Assembly: GCA_963668645.2 (NCBI GenBank)
Contig: CAXXWC010000003.1
Span: 32,001-96,000, forward strand
Length of the DNA stretch: 64,000 nt
From: Desulfobacterales bacterium
GTDB taxonomy: Bacteria > Desulfobacterota > Desulfobacteria > Desulfobacterales > UBA2174
Reading direction: 5' to 3'
Shown piece after piece: positions 8,716-19,008 of this stretch. The first letter of the stretch is position 1; the number at the start of each line of letters is the position of its first letter. Under the pieces are notes generated by a model. The model saw only the letters and a program-made list of their open reading frames with translations, did no database searches and was not told the DNA's origin. Both the position numbers and the translations under genes were made by a program.

Positions 8716-9144
8716 TCACATCCCCAGCCGTTGGATGATCTCTTTTATGCGCGCTTCGGCCTGCTTTTCCACGACCACCATGCGGTTGGCTCTGGCCTCC
8801 TTGATCTTTTTCTCCAGGGCCTTGATATCCGCAGGCTTTTCAAGAAAATCGGCCGCCCCCAGCTTCATGGCCTCTACGCTCTTTTCGATGGTGGCATGAC
8901 CGGTGAGCAGGATGATCTGGGCCTCGGGACGCTTGGCCTTGATCTCCCTGAGGGCCTGCATCCCATCCATGCCCGGCATCATGAAGTCGAGAATAACGGC
9001 GTCGAAAGTCTCCGCCTTGATTTTTTGCAGGGCTTCTTCGGCCGACTTGCAGGTCTGCACCGTCATCCCCCGGGCCTCCATGCGCGAGGCCATAGCTTCC
9101 AGAAAATCCTCTTCATCGTCGACGAGCAATACCTTTTCGGACAT
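8716..9144 (-). CDS. Single-domain response regulator (REC)
   Basis: VLLVDDE, LDFMMPGMDG, LTGH, FLEKP; RBS AGGAGG before ATG 9144. Confidence 0.92.
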   Translation of the reverse strand: MSEKVLLVDDEEDFLEAMASRMEARGMTVQTCKSAEEALQKIKAETFDAVILDFMMPGMDGMQALREIKAKRPEAQIILLTGHATIEKSVEAMKLGAADFLEKPADIKALEKKIKEARANRMVVVEKQAEARIKEIIQRLGM

Positions 9145-9420
9145 AAACAGCACCTCCTGATATCGGAATTGTTTTTTGGGTGATATTCAATTACCAAGCC
9201 CCCTGCATCCACGTCAAGACGCAACCCGGCGCACGGCCCGCCCCCTGCTCCGGGACGAACCCTAAATACTGCGACAGCCTGACGGGACACGGGTCGCCTC
9301 CATATAGTGGCACTGCGTACGGCTAAAGGCAACCGGGAGTCGTTGCATGCAGCAAGCATATTTTCGGTTGAGTGCCACGCCCGAATTCCTTAACATGGTT
9401 TTCGAAAGGAAAACCGTCCT

Positions 9421-10665
9421 ATGTCCCAAGACCCGCAGAAACTACCGGAAAAGGCCGAGTTGCTGGAACGCCTGCACACCGCGGGCTTCAACGTACCGTC
9501 GTTTATCTATCTGAAGCCGGAAGACTTCAAGCAGGAGCGCTTCGCGGCCCTGGAAGCCTTTCTGGCGGCCCATTGCGACGGCTACAAGGTCATCGCACGC
9601 AGCGCCCACGCCCAGGAACACCAGTTCAAAAGCGGTACCTTCGATTCCATCGGCACTTACGCCGACGTGGGCGGCATCCAGTATGCCCGCAAAAAGATGA
9701 TCCGCATGGCCCGGACCACCAAACGGTTGTCTATCCTGCGCCAGCAGCATTTCAACCATGCCCCCCAGATCGACTTGGAACAGATGGGTGTCATCGTCAT
9801 GCCCTATATCGAGGGCACGAGCATCATGGCCAAGATGATCGCCAATCATTGGGAATTCGGCTACTGCCGCAACAGGTCGCGCAAGCTCCAGAACGAGCCG
9901 TGCATCACCCAGATTCCCCACGACCGCAATCTACTCCAGCTATCCCAAAAAATAGAGGAAACCTTGGGCTTTCGCTGTGAAATCGAATACGTCGTCTCCA
10001 ACCAGGGAGAAATCTTCGTGGTCCAGGCCAAGGACATCTCGCATATCGAGATGCTCGAGCCCCGCGAGAGCCAGCGCAGCATCCGCCTGGACGGGGTGCG
10101 CCGGGTGCGCAAACGCCGCAACTACCGCGAGCGCCCCCTCTACGTAATCAACAACCGGTCCTTTTACATCAAGCTCATCGGCCTTTGTGAGGACATCCTT
10201 TCCGGATCCGTTGACCCGCACCCCGGCCTGGACATTGCGACCCGCACCATCCATGACTACGAAACCGACATGGAGCGCTTTGCCCTGCGCCACGAGCGCT
10301 TCGCGGTCCTGGGCCTCTCCATTCAGGACGCCGAGGACCTTTTTCAGATTGCCAGCCATTACCTGGACGAGACCCCCGACTTGCACGCCCCGCTGGCCAA
10401 GGCCCTCAACGGACTTCAGTACCAGATCGACATCTTCATCGCCGAAGCCGACACCATGATCGCCCGGGACCGGCTGCGCATCAATCTGGGCAGCCACGAC
10501 GCCTATGGCATCAACACGGTGCGCTATCCGGTCTGGTCGGTCTACTGGCAGACGGAGCGGCATGAAGCCGTGGTCAGGGAATTTATCCGGATGGGATTCA
10601 AAACGGGCGATACGGCGGCCATCGAAATCGATGCCGAGGGGCTCCCCACCGTTTTCCGGCTCTGA
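9421..10665 (+). CDS. Hypothetical protein with N-terminal ATP-grasp-like (PEP/pyruvate-binding type) region
   Basis: GFNVP, VIARSA..EH..SGTFDS, MGVIVMPYI and EIEYVV...IFVVQAK resemble PPDK/PEP-synthase nucleotide-binding domains. Confidence 0.55.
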   Translation: MSQDPQKLPEKAELLERLHTAGFNVPSFIYLKPEDFKQERFAALEAFLAAHCDGYKVIARSAHAQEHQFKSGTFDSIGTYADVGGIQYARKKMIRMARTTKRLSILRQQHFNHAPQIDLEQMGVIVMPYIEGTSIMAKMIANHWEFGYCRNRSRKLQNEPCITQIPHDRNLLQLSQKIEETLGFRCEIEYVVSNQGEIFVVQAKDISHIEMLEPRESQRSIRLDGVRRVRKRRNYRERPLYVINNRSFYIKLIGLCEDILSGSVDPHPGLDIATRTIHDYETDMERFALRHERFAVLGLSIQDAEDLFQIASHYLDETPDLHAPLAKALNGLQYQIDIFIAEADTMIARDRLRINLGSHDAYGINTVRYPVWSVYWQTERHEAVVREFIRMGFKTGDTAAIEIDAEGLPTVFRL

Positions 10666-10737
10666 ACCGGGTAATAAATTTTCTTCACTTCCACCTTGAC
10701 GACTAAGCAAAAATTCAATAAGGGGAACCTTACATAG

Positions 10738-10924
10738 TGGAGTAGTACTTTCAGGTGCTCATCAGAGCTTAATAGGGAACCCCGTGAAAATCGGGGACAG
10801 GCCCGCTGCTGTGACCCCTGCCGGCGAAAAGACACGCCGGACCCCGAACGCCTTCGTGTGCCACTGTCCAATCGGATGGGAAGGCCGCGGCCGGGGAGGG
10901 AAAGTCAGAAGACCTGCCTGAAAT
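10738..10924 (+). ncRNA. Cobalamin (B12) riboswitch
   Basis: AGGTGC...TAATAGGGAAcccc-GTGAAAATCggggaCaGgCCCGCtgCTGTGA...GCCACTG...GGGAAGGC...B12 box AAGTCAGAAGACCTGCCT; upstream of a btuB-like gene. Ends approximate. Confidence 0.95.
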
Positions 10925-10986
10925 GTCGGGACGTGTATTCCGGGGAGGGAAACACGCCCCACCATGATCTTGTGGATAAAAAAGGG

Positions 10987-11031
10987 AAATCCCCGGATCG
11001 AATCGTTGATCGGTCCGGGGATTTTTGTTTT
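10987..11031 (+). terminator. Intrinsic terminator, probable riboswitch expression platform
   Basis: Stem AAATCCCCGGA.../...TCCGGGGATTT followed by a T-rich tract, between aptamer and RBS. Confidence 0.7.
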
Positions 11032-11077
11032 CCCCGGACGAACCGGCTTCCATTTTTCATTCCAAGGAGGGTTCGCG

Positions 11078-13003
11078 ATGAAGCGGCAAAGGTGCGTCCG
11101 ATGGGTATTGGCGGGGTTGATGCTGTGGGCTGTGCCGGCCTTTGGCCAGGATAGCGACAACACCCGAAAGGAGGCGGTCTACGAAATCGATACGATGGTA
11201 GTGACCGCCGGGAGGATCGAGGAAAAAATCGAGGATGTGACCAGCAACATTACCGTGATCAACGAGGGAGAAATCACCCAATCTTCGGCCCATGACCTGG
11301 GCGACCTGCTTCAAGAGCAGGGCTTCATGGTTCAGGAATACCCCAACTCGATCGTTGCAGTGGATGTGCGCGGCTTCAAGACCGACATCTACGATTCCGA
11401 TCTGGAAGGGTACGTGTTGATTCTCATCGACGGGGTCCGGGCCGGCACCGGACTGCTCAACAAGATCAACATCAATAACGTGGAACGGGTGGAAATCATC
11501 CGTGGCCCCGGGTCCGTGCAGTACGGCGCTTCGGCCATGGGCGGGGTGATCAATGTGATCACCAAAAAAGGCCGCGGCAAACCGTCCGTCTATCTGGAAC
11601 AGACCCTGGGAAGCTGGGATTTCGAAAAAACCGCTGTCGGAGGCTCGGGAAAGATCAAGGCCTTTGATTTTTCCTTCGCCGCCTCCACCGAATCCCAGGG
11701 CGATTATTCCACCGCCGACGGCGATACCTATTACAACACCGGCTTTGATTCCAAGGAAAGGATCAGTGCCAATGCCGGCTGGACGTTTATGCCCAAAAAC
11801 CGTTTCGGTGTGACCTATACCGGCTACAAGGCCGAAGATGTCGGCAATCCGACCTATTTCAGCAAAAACGACAAGACGGACAAGATTCACACATCCACCA
11901 ACAGCAAGGTGGATCTGGATTATCACGGAGAGACGATCGACGGCTTCTGGGCCTGGAATCTGAACTACTTCAATGGCGAGAACAAGCGCAACTCCGATCG
12001 CGCCAACAAGGCGCCAAAAGATGAACAGCAGGGCGGCCAAGCCCAGTTGACGGCCAATTGGTCGCCCATCCAGATCACCGGGGGCGTCGATTGGACCCAC
12101 TATGAAAAGGCCAACACCTACGACAACCCGGCGGCCTTCTTGTTGACCAAGACCAAACTGTTCGACGACCGCCTGGTGATCTCCGCGGCCCTGCGCTACG
12201 ACGAGTATGAAATGGAAGACGACGCCGGCAAGAGCACCGACGACACGAACTGGACCCCCAGCGTGGGCGTATCCTTCAAGATCATTCCAGAACTGCGGGT
12301 GCGGGCCAATTATGCCGAAGGATTCAAGGTGCCCACCGCGGAGCAGCTTTTCAGATACAATGACTACGGCTATGCCGTGCTGGAGGGCAACCCGGACCTT
12401 GTCCCCGAAAAGAGCAAGACCTACGAAGTCGGCCTGGATTTCAACAAAGGGTCCCTTCACAGCACCCTGACCTATTTCGACACCTCCTTTGAAGACAAGA
12501 TCAGCTATGTGAATCCGACGGCCGGCTACTGGACCTATGAAAATATTCCGGGCGCCACCATTTCCGGGCTCGAGGGCAACATGAAGCTGGATATCGCCTC
12601 GATCTTCGACTGGAACGTTCAACTGGCCCCCTACGTCTCCTTTACCCACCTGATCAAGTACGAAAATGACGATACCGGCGAAGACCTCTACTACAATCCC
12701 GAGTGGAAGGTCTCCTATGGCCTGTGGTTCGCCGTGCCGGATATGGGTTTTGTCTCCAAGCTGAACTTCGCCCATTTCAGCGACCAGTTGATCACCGACT
12801 ACGAGGGCACCGGGCAGACCAGCCTGGACGGGTATACGGTGGCCGATCTGACCATCTCCAAGACGCTTTTGACCACCGAAAAATACGGTGAAGTCTCACT
12901 CAAGGCCGATGTGCGCAACCTGTTCAACGAGGATTACGCGGTTATCCAGGGCTATCCGTCGCCCGGCCGGACATTCTTTGTGGGACTCAAGTACCAGTAT
13001 TGA
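11078..13003 (+). CDS. btuB: TonB-dependent outer-membrane receptor, BtuB-like
   Basis: RBS AAGGAGG; signal peptide; TonB box DTMVVTA; plug motif VERVEIIRGPGSVQYGASAMGGVINVITK; C-terminal NLFNEDY...GRTFFVGLKYQY. Confidence 0.85.
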   Translation: MKRQRCVRWVLAGLMLWAVPAFGQDSDNTRKEAVYEIDTMVVTAGRIEEKIEDVTSNITVINEGEITQSSAHDLGDLLQEQGFMVQEYPNSIVAVDVRGFKTDIYDSDLEGYVLILIDGVRAGTGLLNKININNVERVEIIRGPGSVQYGASAMGGVINVITKKGRGKPSVYLEQTLGSWDFEKTAVGGSGKIKAFDFSFAASTESQGDYSTADGDTYYNTGFDSKERISANAGWTFMPKNRFGVTYTGYKAEDVGNPTYFSKNDKTDKIHTSTNSKVDLDYHGETIDGFWAWNLNYFNGENKRNSDRANKAPKDEQQGGQAQLTANWSPIQITGGVDWTHYEKANTYDNPAAFLLTKTKLFDDRLVISAALRYDEYEMEDDAGKSTDDTNWTPSVGVSFKIIPELRVRANYAEGFKVPTAEQLFRYNDYGYAVLEGNPDLVPEKSKTYEVGLDFNKGSLHSTLTYFDTSFEDKISYVNPTAGYWTYENIPGATISGLEGNMKLDIASIFDWNVQLAPYVSFTHLIKYENDDTGEDLYYNPEWKVSYGLWFAVPDMGFVSKLNFAHFSDQLITDYEGTGQTSLDGYTVADLTISKTLLTTEKYGEVSLKADVRNLFNEDYAVIQGYPSPGRTFFVGLKYQY

Positions 13004-13014
13004 CGGGGGATCCA

Positions 13015-15042
13015 ATGCGATCGCTGCGTTTTCATCTGCCGCTCCTGCTGGTCCCGGCTTTTTGTATGGCGCTGATGCTCCCGGCGTCCGGCCGGGGCGC
13101 GGATTTTCCCCTGTCGCTGACCGATGCGTTGGGCAGGCGGGTCTGCTTTGCGGCCCGCCCCCAACGGGTCGCCTGCCTTGCGCCGTACGTCACCGAGATG
13201 CTCTCGCGGTTCGGCCGGGACCAGACCCTGGTGGGGCTGACCCGCGAGGATCTGACCCTCAACAGCGCCCTTCGCAAAACCAACATCGGCTCGTATTTCA
13301 GCCCGGACATCCAGGCCGTGATCCGATGCCAACCGGATCTGGTAATCGCGGCCCCCTCCCATGAAACGGTGATCCGGCATTTCGAAAAAAGCGACTGCCC
13401 GCTGATGGTCATGGCGGCCGGCACCATCGAAGAGGGCTTTGCCCATATGCAGATGATCGGCCGGCTCTTTGGGTGCGAGGCCCGGGCCGCGGCCGTGGTG
13501 CAGCGCAATCGGGAGCAGCTTTCTGTGGTGGCGGCCAGACTGGCTGCTGTGCCGGGCCTGGAGAAAAAGCGGGTGGCGCGGGTGATGGCCGCAGAGACGC
13601 TGTTTTGTCCGGGCGATGATTCTTTTCAGATCCAAATGATTGAAGCGGCCGGCGGCCTTGCGCCGCGCTGGGGCAAGAACGGCTTTGCCGTGCCGGTAGA
13701 CCCGGAAGCCTGGCAGCGGTTCAATCCCCAGGTCGTCTACGGATGCCATCTGAACGAAAAAGCCGTCCAAGCGATCCTGAACCAGGACGGCTGGAAGGAT
13801 GTGGATGCGGTGCGCAGCGGATCGGTGGCCATGTTCCCCTGCGAGCTGACCTGCCGCGTCTCGGTCCGGACAGGGGCTTTTGTCCAGTGGCTGGCCGCTG
13901 TTCTCTATCCGGATCTTTTTGCCGACCCCGGCAAGGCCGTGCTTGAAAACACGGTCCTGGCCCGAAAGCCGCTGGCGCTGGACCTGGATTATATCAAACA
14001 GGCCGGGGTGGTGACCCACCGGGTGGCCGACGCGCAATACAAATCCCTGCTGGTCGAGTTCAAACGGCCCATAGATGTGCTTTCGACCCTCGAAGGCGCC
14101 CGGCCCGGCATAAAGGCCGTGGGCAACACCTATGTGCCCATGCACGCCAGCCTGGGCCACATGGCCCGCGGCATCGCCCAGGTCCAGGGGGCCATCGCCG
14201 AAAACCTGGGATTCGAGCCGGCCGCCTATGCCGGCCTGATGACCGGGGCCGACATGGACAACCTCTCCGTGCAAACCAGGGCCTTCAAGGATCTGAAGGT
14301 CACCGCCCTGGTAACGGCCGGGGTGCGCGGCAATGCCCTGCGGGTCTCGGAAGAGTTTGCCGCCCACGACAAGCCGGGAACCATCAACATCATCGTCTTG
14401 ACCAATCGCCGGCTTTCGCCCGGCGCCATGGCCTGGACCCTGGTGATTGTCACCGAGGCCAAGGCCGCAGCCCTGGCGGATCTGGATATCCGCAGCACCC
14501 ACCGGCCGTGGGAACGCCAGGCCACCGGCACGGGCACCGATACCGTCATTGTGGTGCAAGGCCAAGGACCGGCGGCCCCGTATGCCGGCGGGCACACCCG
14601 GATCGGCCAGTTGATCGCCAGTGCGGTGCATGCCGGGGTGACCGAAGCCATCTCGAAGCAAAACGGCATCAAGGCGGACCGGGACCTGTTTCAGCGGCTC
14701 AACGAACGCAGGATGGGCCCTGAACAGCTCGCCGGGCTCTATGAGGTGAAGATCGACAGACAGGTTCTGGCCTCGAAAATCGATTATTGGCTGGCCGATC
14801 CGTATGTCGCCGCCTTTATCGAATCCGCCCTGGTGCTCAGCGACGCGTACCGCAAGGGACTGGTCAAGGATCTGGCCTTTTTCGACACCATGTGCGCCGC
14901 GGCGACCGCCCGGGTGAGCGGCGGGACTGGAAGCCTCCCGCCGGACCTGTCTGCCGTCCCCCTGCCGGTGGTGATGGCCAAGGCCTTCGGCGCCCTGGTC
15001 GCCGGCATCACGGAGCAAGAATCTGAAAGGAGCCGGCCATGA
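13015..15042 (+). CDS. cbiZ: Fusion: periplasmic BtuF-like binding domain + adenosylcobinamide amidohydrolase CbiZ
   Basis: Signal peptide; TDALGRRV...PQRVACLAP..TEML (helical-backbone binding protein); CbiZ motifs GLMTGA, VTAGV.GNA, GTINI, TEAK, ATGTGTD. Confidence 0.85.
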   Translation: MRSLRFHLPLLLVPAFCMALMLPASGRGADFPLSLTDALGRRVCFAARPQRVACLAPYVTEMLSRFGRDQTLVGLTREDLTLNSALRKTNIGSYFSPDIQAVIRCQPDLVIAAPSHETVIRHFEKSDCPLMVMAAGTIEEGFAHMQMIGRLFGCEARAAAVVQRNREQLSVVAARLAAVPGLEKKRVARVMAAETLFCPGDDSFQIQMIEAAGGLAPRWGKNGFAVPVDPEAWQRFNPQVVYGCHLNEKAVQAILNQDGWKDVDAVRSGSVAMFPCELTCRVSVRTGAFVQWLAAVLYPDLFADPGKAVLENTVLARKPLALDLDYIKQAGVVTHRVADAQYKSLLVEFKRPIDVLSTLEGARPGIKAVGNTYVPMHASLGHMARGIAQVQGAIAENLGFEPAAYAGLMTGADMDNLSVQTRAFKDLKVTALVTAGVRGNALRVSEEFAAHDKPGTINIIVLTNRRLSPGAMAWTLVIVTEAKAAALADLDIRSTHRPWERQATGTGTDTVIVVQGQGPAAPYAGGHTRIGQLIASAVHAGVTEAISKQNGIKADRDLFQRLNERRMGPEQLAGLYEVKIDRQVLASKIDYWLADPYVAAFIESALVLSDAYRKGLVKDLAFFDTMCAAATARVSGGTGSLPPDLSAVPLPVVMAKAFGALVAGITEQESERSRP

Positions 15043-18000
15043 GCACCGCTGCTGCCAAAGGTGCCCGCATCTGGGGGCTTGCCCTGTTTTTCCTGCTGCT
15101 TTGCCTTTCCCCGGCACGAGCCGCGAAACTGGCCATCCTGGAAGTGGACATCTACGGCTATCAGCTTTACCAGGCCATCAAGGGACTCAACCTTCCCGAA
15201 TCCATCGAGACGCGCATGTTCTCGGCCCAGGAACTCGAAAACGACCCGCAGGCCAAGGCCTACATCGCCGATTGCACCGTGGTCCTGGTCGACGTGATGG
15301 CCGAGGAGCTGGCCGATTACATGATCGACAACCATCTGCTCGAAGGCCGCACCGTCTATGCCCTCAACCACGGCGGAGACCCCAAAAAGCTGACCGAAGA
15401 AGGCTTCGTTTTCGACCGGGAGATCATGAGCTATGGCGGGTGGCACCTTGAAAACACCATCAACATGATCCGCCTGGCGGTTCACCGGCATATCGATGCC
15501 TCGGTGACGTACGCACCGCCGGTGAAACCCAAGCGCCAGGGGCTGATCTACCATCCGGCGGCCTCCGAAAAATTCACCGATACGGCCGCCTACAAGCAAT
15601 GGAACATGGCCCGCAGTGATTACCACCCGGAAAATCCCTGGGTGGGAATTCTGTTTTCGGTGGACAGTCTCGGGCCGGGGCAGACCCAGGCCACGGACAA
15701 ACTGATCCGCAAACTGGAAGACTCGGGCTTCAATGTTCTGCCCACCGTCGGCTGGGAAAGCCGGGCCATGGCCGAGGTGTTCAGGCCGGTGGACGGCAAA
15801 CCGCCGGTGGACATCCTGATCACCTTCTGCATGAAGTTTGCCTCCACCATCACCGACGAGATCCGCCAGGGCCTGGTGGAACTGAATGTCCCGGTGATCA
15901 ACGTCATCCGCCCCTATCTTGAAACCATCGATCAGTGGCGCCGGAGCGAAGTCGGCTTCGGGCCTTTTGAAACGGTCTGGGCCGTGGCCACCCCGGAATT
16001 TTCCGGCGCCATCGAGCCCACTCCCCTCATCGGCAAAACCCAGATCCTTGATCCGGACACCGGACGCCGCCTGATGGTCCACGCCACCATCGATGAAACG
16101 GTGGATTACCTCATCCCCCGTCTGAAAAAATGGGTGGCCCTGCAGCGCAAACCGAATGCACAGAAAAAAGTGGCCATCCTTTACTACAACCACGGCGGGG
16201 GCAAGCAGAACATCGGGGCCGCCTACCTGAACGTGTTTCGCAGCCTTCAGATCATCTTGAAGCGCATGAAACAGGAAGGCTACGATGTCAAACAGATGGA
16301 CAAGCTCACCGAAAAAGGCATCAAGGAGCTGGTGATGACCAGCGGCCGCCATGTGGGCTCCTGGGCCCCGGGAGAGCTGGAGAACCTGCTGCGATCCCCG
16401 GATGTGGAGCGCGTCACGATCGAGGAGTACAAGACCTGGTTCGATACCCTTGCCGAAGCGTTCAAGCAAAAGGTGATCGAAGACTGGGGCCCGCCCGAAG
16501 ACTGCACGGTCATGGCGGCGGACGGCAGGCTGTTTATCCCCATGGTCAAGCTGGGCAATATCGTGCTGATGCCCGAGCCGTCCCGGGGCGGTTCGGGCGG
16601 CTCTTCGCAGGACGAGGTCAAGCTCTACCACGATCCTTACACCTACCCCACCCACCAGTACATCGCCGGCTATCTCTGGATCGCCAAGAAGTTCGGGGCC
16701 GACGCCGTGGTGCACCTGGGCACCCATGCCACCTATGAATGGCTCCCGGGCAAACAAGCCGGTCTGGCGCCCTCGGATCCGCCCGAGATCATGACCGGCG
16801 CCATTCCCAACATCTATCCCTATATCATGGACGATGTGGGTGAAGGCATGCAGGCCAAACGCAGGGGCCGCGGCGTGATCCTCGACCACCTGACCCCGCC
16901 CATGAAGGAGGCCGATCTTTACAGCGAGTACCGCCAGATCCACGACCTGTTTCACAAGTATCAAATCGCCCGCGCCAACGGCAGCGAGACCGCTCCCGAG
17001 TACATGCGAACCATGCGCGATCTGGTCGAGACGACCGGAATTGCCCGGGACCTGCGCCTGACCGAGATGAACGACGAGGCCATGGAGCAGATTCATCTCT
17101 ACCTGCACGAAATCGACGGCAACAGCCTGCCGTACGGGTTGCACACCTACGGCAACCCTTACAAACCTGAAGCGGCCGAGGAAACGATCCGGCTGATCCT
17201 CAAGCAGAACCCCGAGGCTGCGCCGGACCGGGTCGACAAAGACCTGAATCTTTCCCCGGTCCAGGAAATGACCAATTTCATCCGGGGGCTCAACGGCGAA
17301 TACATACCGCCGGGCGAAGGCAACGACCCGCTGCGCAACCTGCCGGCCATCCCCACAGGCCGCAATTTTTACGGCTTTTCCCCGGCCAAGGTCCCCTCCA
17401 AAGCCGCCTGGGAAGTGGGCAAGAAGGCCGCCATCCAGATGATCGAAACCAAACTCAAAAAGGACGGCAAGTACCCGCAAAAAGTGGGCGTGGTGCTCTG
17501 GGCCATGGAAACCACCCGCAACGAAGGGGTCAATGAGAGCACCATCCTCTATCTGATGGGGGTGGAACCGGTATGGGACGCCGTGGGCCGCGTCAAGGGG
17601 AGCCGGGTGATTCCCGGACCCCAGTTGGGGCGCCCGCGCATCGATGTGCTGATCAATCCGTCCGGGCTGTACCGGGACGTGTTCGGCAGCAAGCTCGTCT
17701 TTCTGGACGAGGCGGTGCAAAAAGCCATGGTCCAGACGGATATCGAAAATCTGCTGGCCCAAAACAAGGCGACCATCAAACAAGCCCTGATGGATGCGGG
17801 CATGAACGAAAAAGAGGCCGAAACGCAGTCGCGCTTTCGCATCTTCACCGAAAAGGTCGGATCCTACGGCAACGGCGTCAGCGGCAGGGTCCACGCTTCG
17901 GCCATGTGGGACTCGGATGAAGCCGTCAGCAGCACCTATCTGAACCGGGTCCAGTACGCCGTTGGCCAGGGCAAGTGGGCCGTGCCAGTCAAAGAAGCCT

Positions 18001-19001
18001 TCACGGAGAATCTGCGCGGGGTGGATATCGCCGTGCACTCGCGCTCCAGCAACGTGATCGGCATCGTGGACAGCGACGATTTCTACGAATACCTGGGCGG
18101 CATGACCCTGGCGGTCAAGCACGTCAAGGGCAAGGCTCCCGATGCCATGGTCACCATGCACCGGCGCAAGGACGAGATCATGGTGGAAGACGTGGCCAAG
18201 ACCATCGGCCGGGAAATACGCACCCGCTATCTGAACCCCCAATGGATCCAGGGCATGAAGCAGGACAACTATGCCGGGGCCCGGGAGATGTCGGAATTCG
18301 TCGAAAACCTCTGGGGCTGGCAGGTCACGGTGAGCGACGCCGTGGATGCGGCCAAATGGCAGCAGGTCTATCAGGTCTACGTGGAAGACAAGTACGGCCA
18401 GGACCTCAAGGCCTTCTTCAACCAGCACAACCCCTGGGCCTACCAGTCCATCACCGCGCGGATGCTGGAAACCATCCGCAAGGATTACTGGAAGCCCGAC
18501 GAAAAGACCATCAACAAACTGGCGGTGGATTACGCGCTCAACGTGGTGCAAAAAGGCGTGGCCTGCTGCCATCACACCTGCAACAACCCCATACTCAACC
18601 AGATGGTATACAACATCATCTCCCTGCCGGGGATCATGTCGCCGCAGATGGCGCAAAAATTCAAACTGGCCATCGAAAAAATGGCGCAAAAGCCCCTGGA
18701 AGAACAGACCGCCGAGCGCGAAAAGCTGGTGGCCAGGCTGGCCAGAATGGACCAGAAAGCCCCCGGCAAACAAAGCGATGCGGCCGGGGCGCAAAAGACC
18801 ATGGACAAGGCACCGGAAAAAGCAGCCGGCACATCCGAGGCTCCCAAAACGTCCAAAAAGGTGGAAGGCTACAAAATGCAGGACATGGACAGCCAGGATG
18901 AAACCAGCGTCCTGACATCCTCGGGGGTCCAGTGGGCCGCGGTATTGTTTGTCCTGCTGGTGCTGGGCGTATTCGCCTGGGGGGTCCGCTCCCGGAGGTA
19001 A
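15039..19001 (+). CDS. cobN: CobN/magnesium-chelatase-family protein, exported and C-terminally membrane-anchored (HmuS/BtuS-like)
   Basis: KVAILYYNH..GK, HLGTHATYEWLPGKQ, GEGMQAKRRG, PTGRNFY, RPRIDV, SGLYRD, RYLNPQWI; N-terminal signal peptide; C-terminal TM VQWAAVLFVLLVLGVFAWG. Confidence 0.9.
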   Translation: MSTAAAKGARIWGLALFFLLLCLSPARAAKLAILEVDIYGYQLYQAIKGLNLPESIETRMFSAQELENDPQAKAYIADCTVVLVDVMAEELADYMIDNHLLEGRTVYALNHGGDPKKLTEEGFVFDREIMSYGGWHLENTINMIRLAVHRHIDASVTYAPPVKPKRQGLIYHPAASEKFTDTAAYKQWNMARSDYHPENPWVGILFSVDSLGPGQTQATDKLIRKLEDSGFNVLPTVGWESRAMAEVFRPVDGKPPVDILITFCMKFASTITDEIRQGLVELNVPVINVIRPYLETIDQWRRSEVGFGPFETVWAVATPEFSGAIEPTPLIGKTQILDPDTGRRLMVHATIDETVDYLIPRLKKWVALQRKPNAQKKVAILYYNHGGGKQNIGAAYLNVFRSLQIILKRMKQEGYDVKQMDKLTEKGIKELVMTSGRHVGSWAPGELENLLRSPDVERVTIEEYKTWFDTLAEAFKQKVIEDWGPPEDCTVMAADGRLFIPMVKLGNIVLMPEPSRGGSGGSSQDEVKLYHDPYTYPTHQYIAGYLWIAKKFGADAVVHLGTHATYEWLPGKQAGLAPSDPPEIMTGAIPNIYPYIMDDVGEGMQAKRRGRGVILDHLTPPMKEADLYSEYRQIHDLFHKYQIARANGSETAPEYMRTMRDLVETTGIARDLRLTEMNDEAMEQIHLYLHEIDGNSLPYGLHTYGNPYKPEAAEETIRLILKQNPEAAPDRVDKDLNLSPVQEMTNFIRGLNGEYIPPGEGNDPLRNLPAIPTGRNFYGFSPAKVPSKAAWEVGKKAAIQMIETKLKKDGKYPQKVGVVLWAMETTRNEGVNESTILYLMGVEPVWDAVGRVKGSRVIPGPQLGRPRIDVLINPSGLYRDVFGSKLVFLDEAVQKAMVQTDIENLLAQNKATIKQALMDAGMNEKEAETQSRFRIFTEKVGSYGNGVSGRVHASAMWDSDEAVSSTYLNRVQYAVGQGKWAVPVKEAFTENLRGVDIAVHSRSSNVIGIVDSDDFYEYLGGMTLAVKHVKGKAPDAMVTMHRRKDEIMVEDVAKTIGREIRTRYLNPQWIQGMKQDNYAGAREMSEFVENLWGWQVTVSDAVDAAKWQQVYQVYVEDKYGQDLKAFFNQHNPWAYQSITARMLETIRKDYWKPDEKTINKLAVDYALNVVQKGVACCHHTCNNPILNQMVYNIISLPGIMSPQMAQKFKLAIEKMAQKPLEEQTAEREKLVARLARMDQKAPGKQSDAAGAQKTMDKAPEKAAGTSEAPKTSKKVEGYKMQDMDSQDETSVLTSSGVQWAAVLFVLLVLGVFAWGVRSRR

Positions 19002-19008
19002 GCATCTT

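Noticed and set aside
9212..9224. 12-bp match GTCAAGACGCAA shared with 54871-54882
   Set aside because: Short, and contains a reverse-strand TTGAC -35 element; explained by promoter similarity or chance.
14784..18794. 1336-aa minus-strand ORF, and similar long antisense ORFs (11057-12775, 12952-15117, 21302-22930, 57169-58851)
   Set aside because: Shadows of well-supported opposite-strand genes in GC-rich DNA; no recognisable motifs or RBS.
15039..19001. Aerobic cobalamin biosynthesis (CobNST) interpretation
   Set aside because: Export signal and TM anchor, no cobS/cobT or other cob genes here, and an anaerobic-type CbiK in the same operon.
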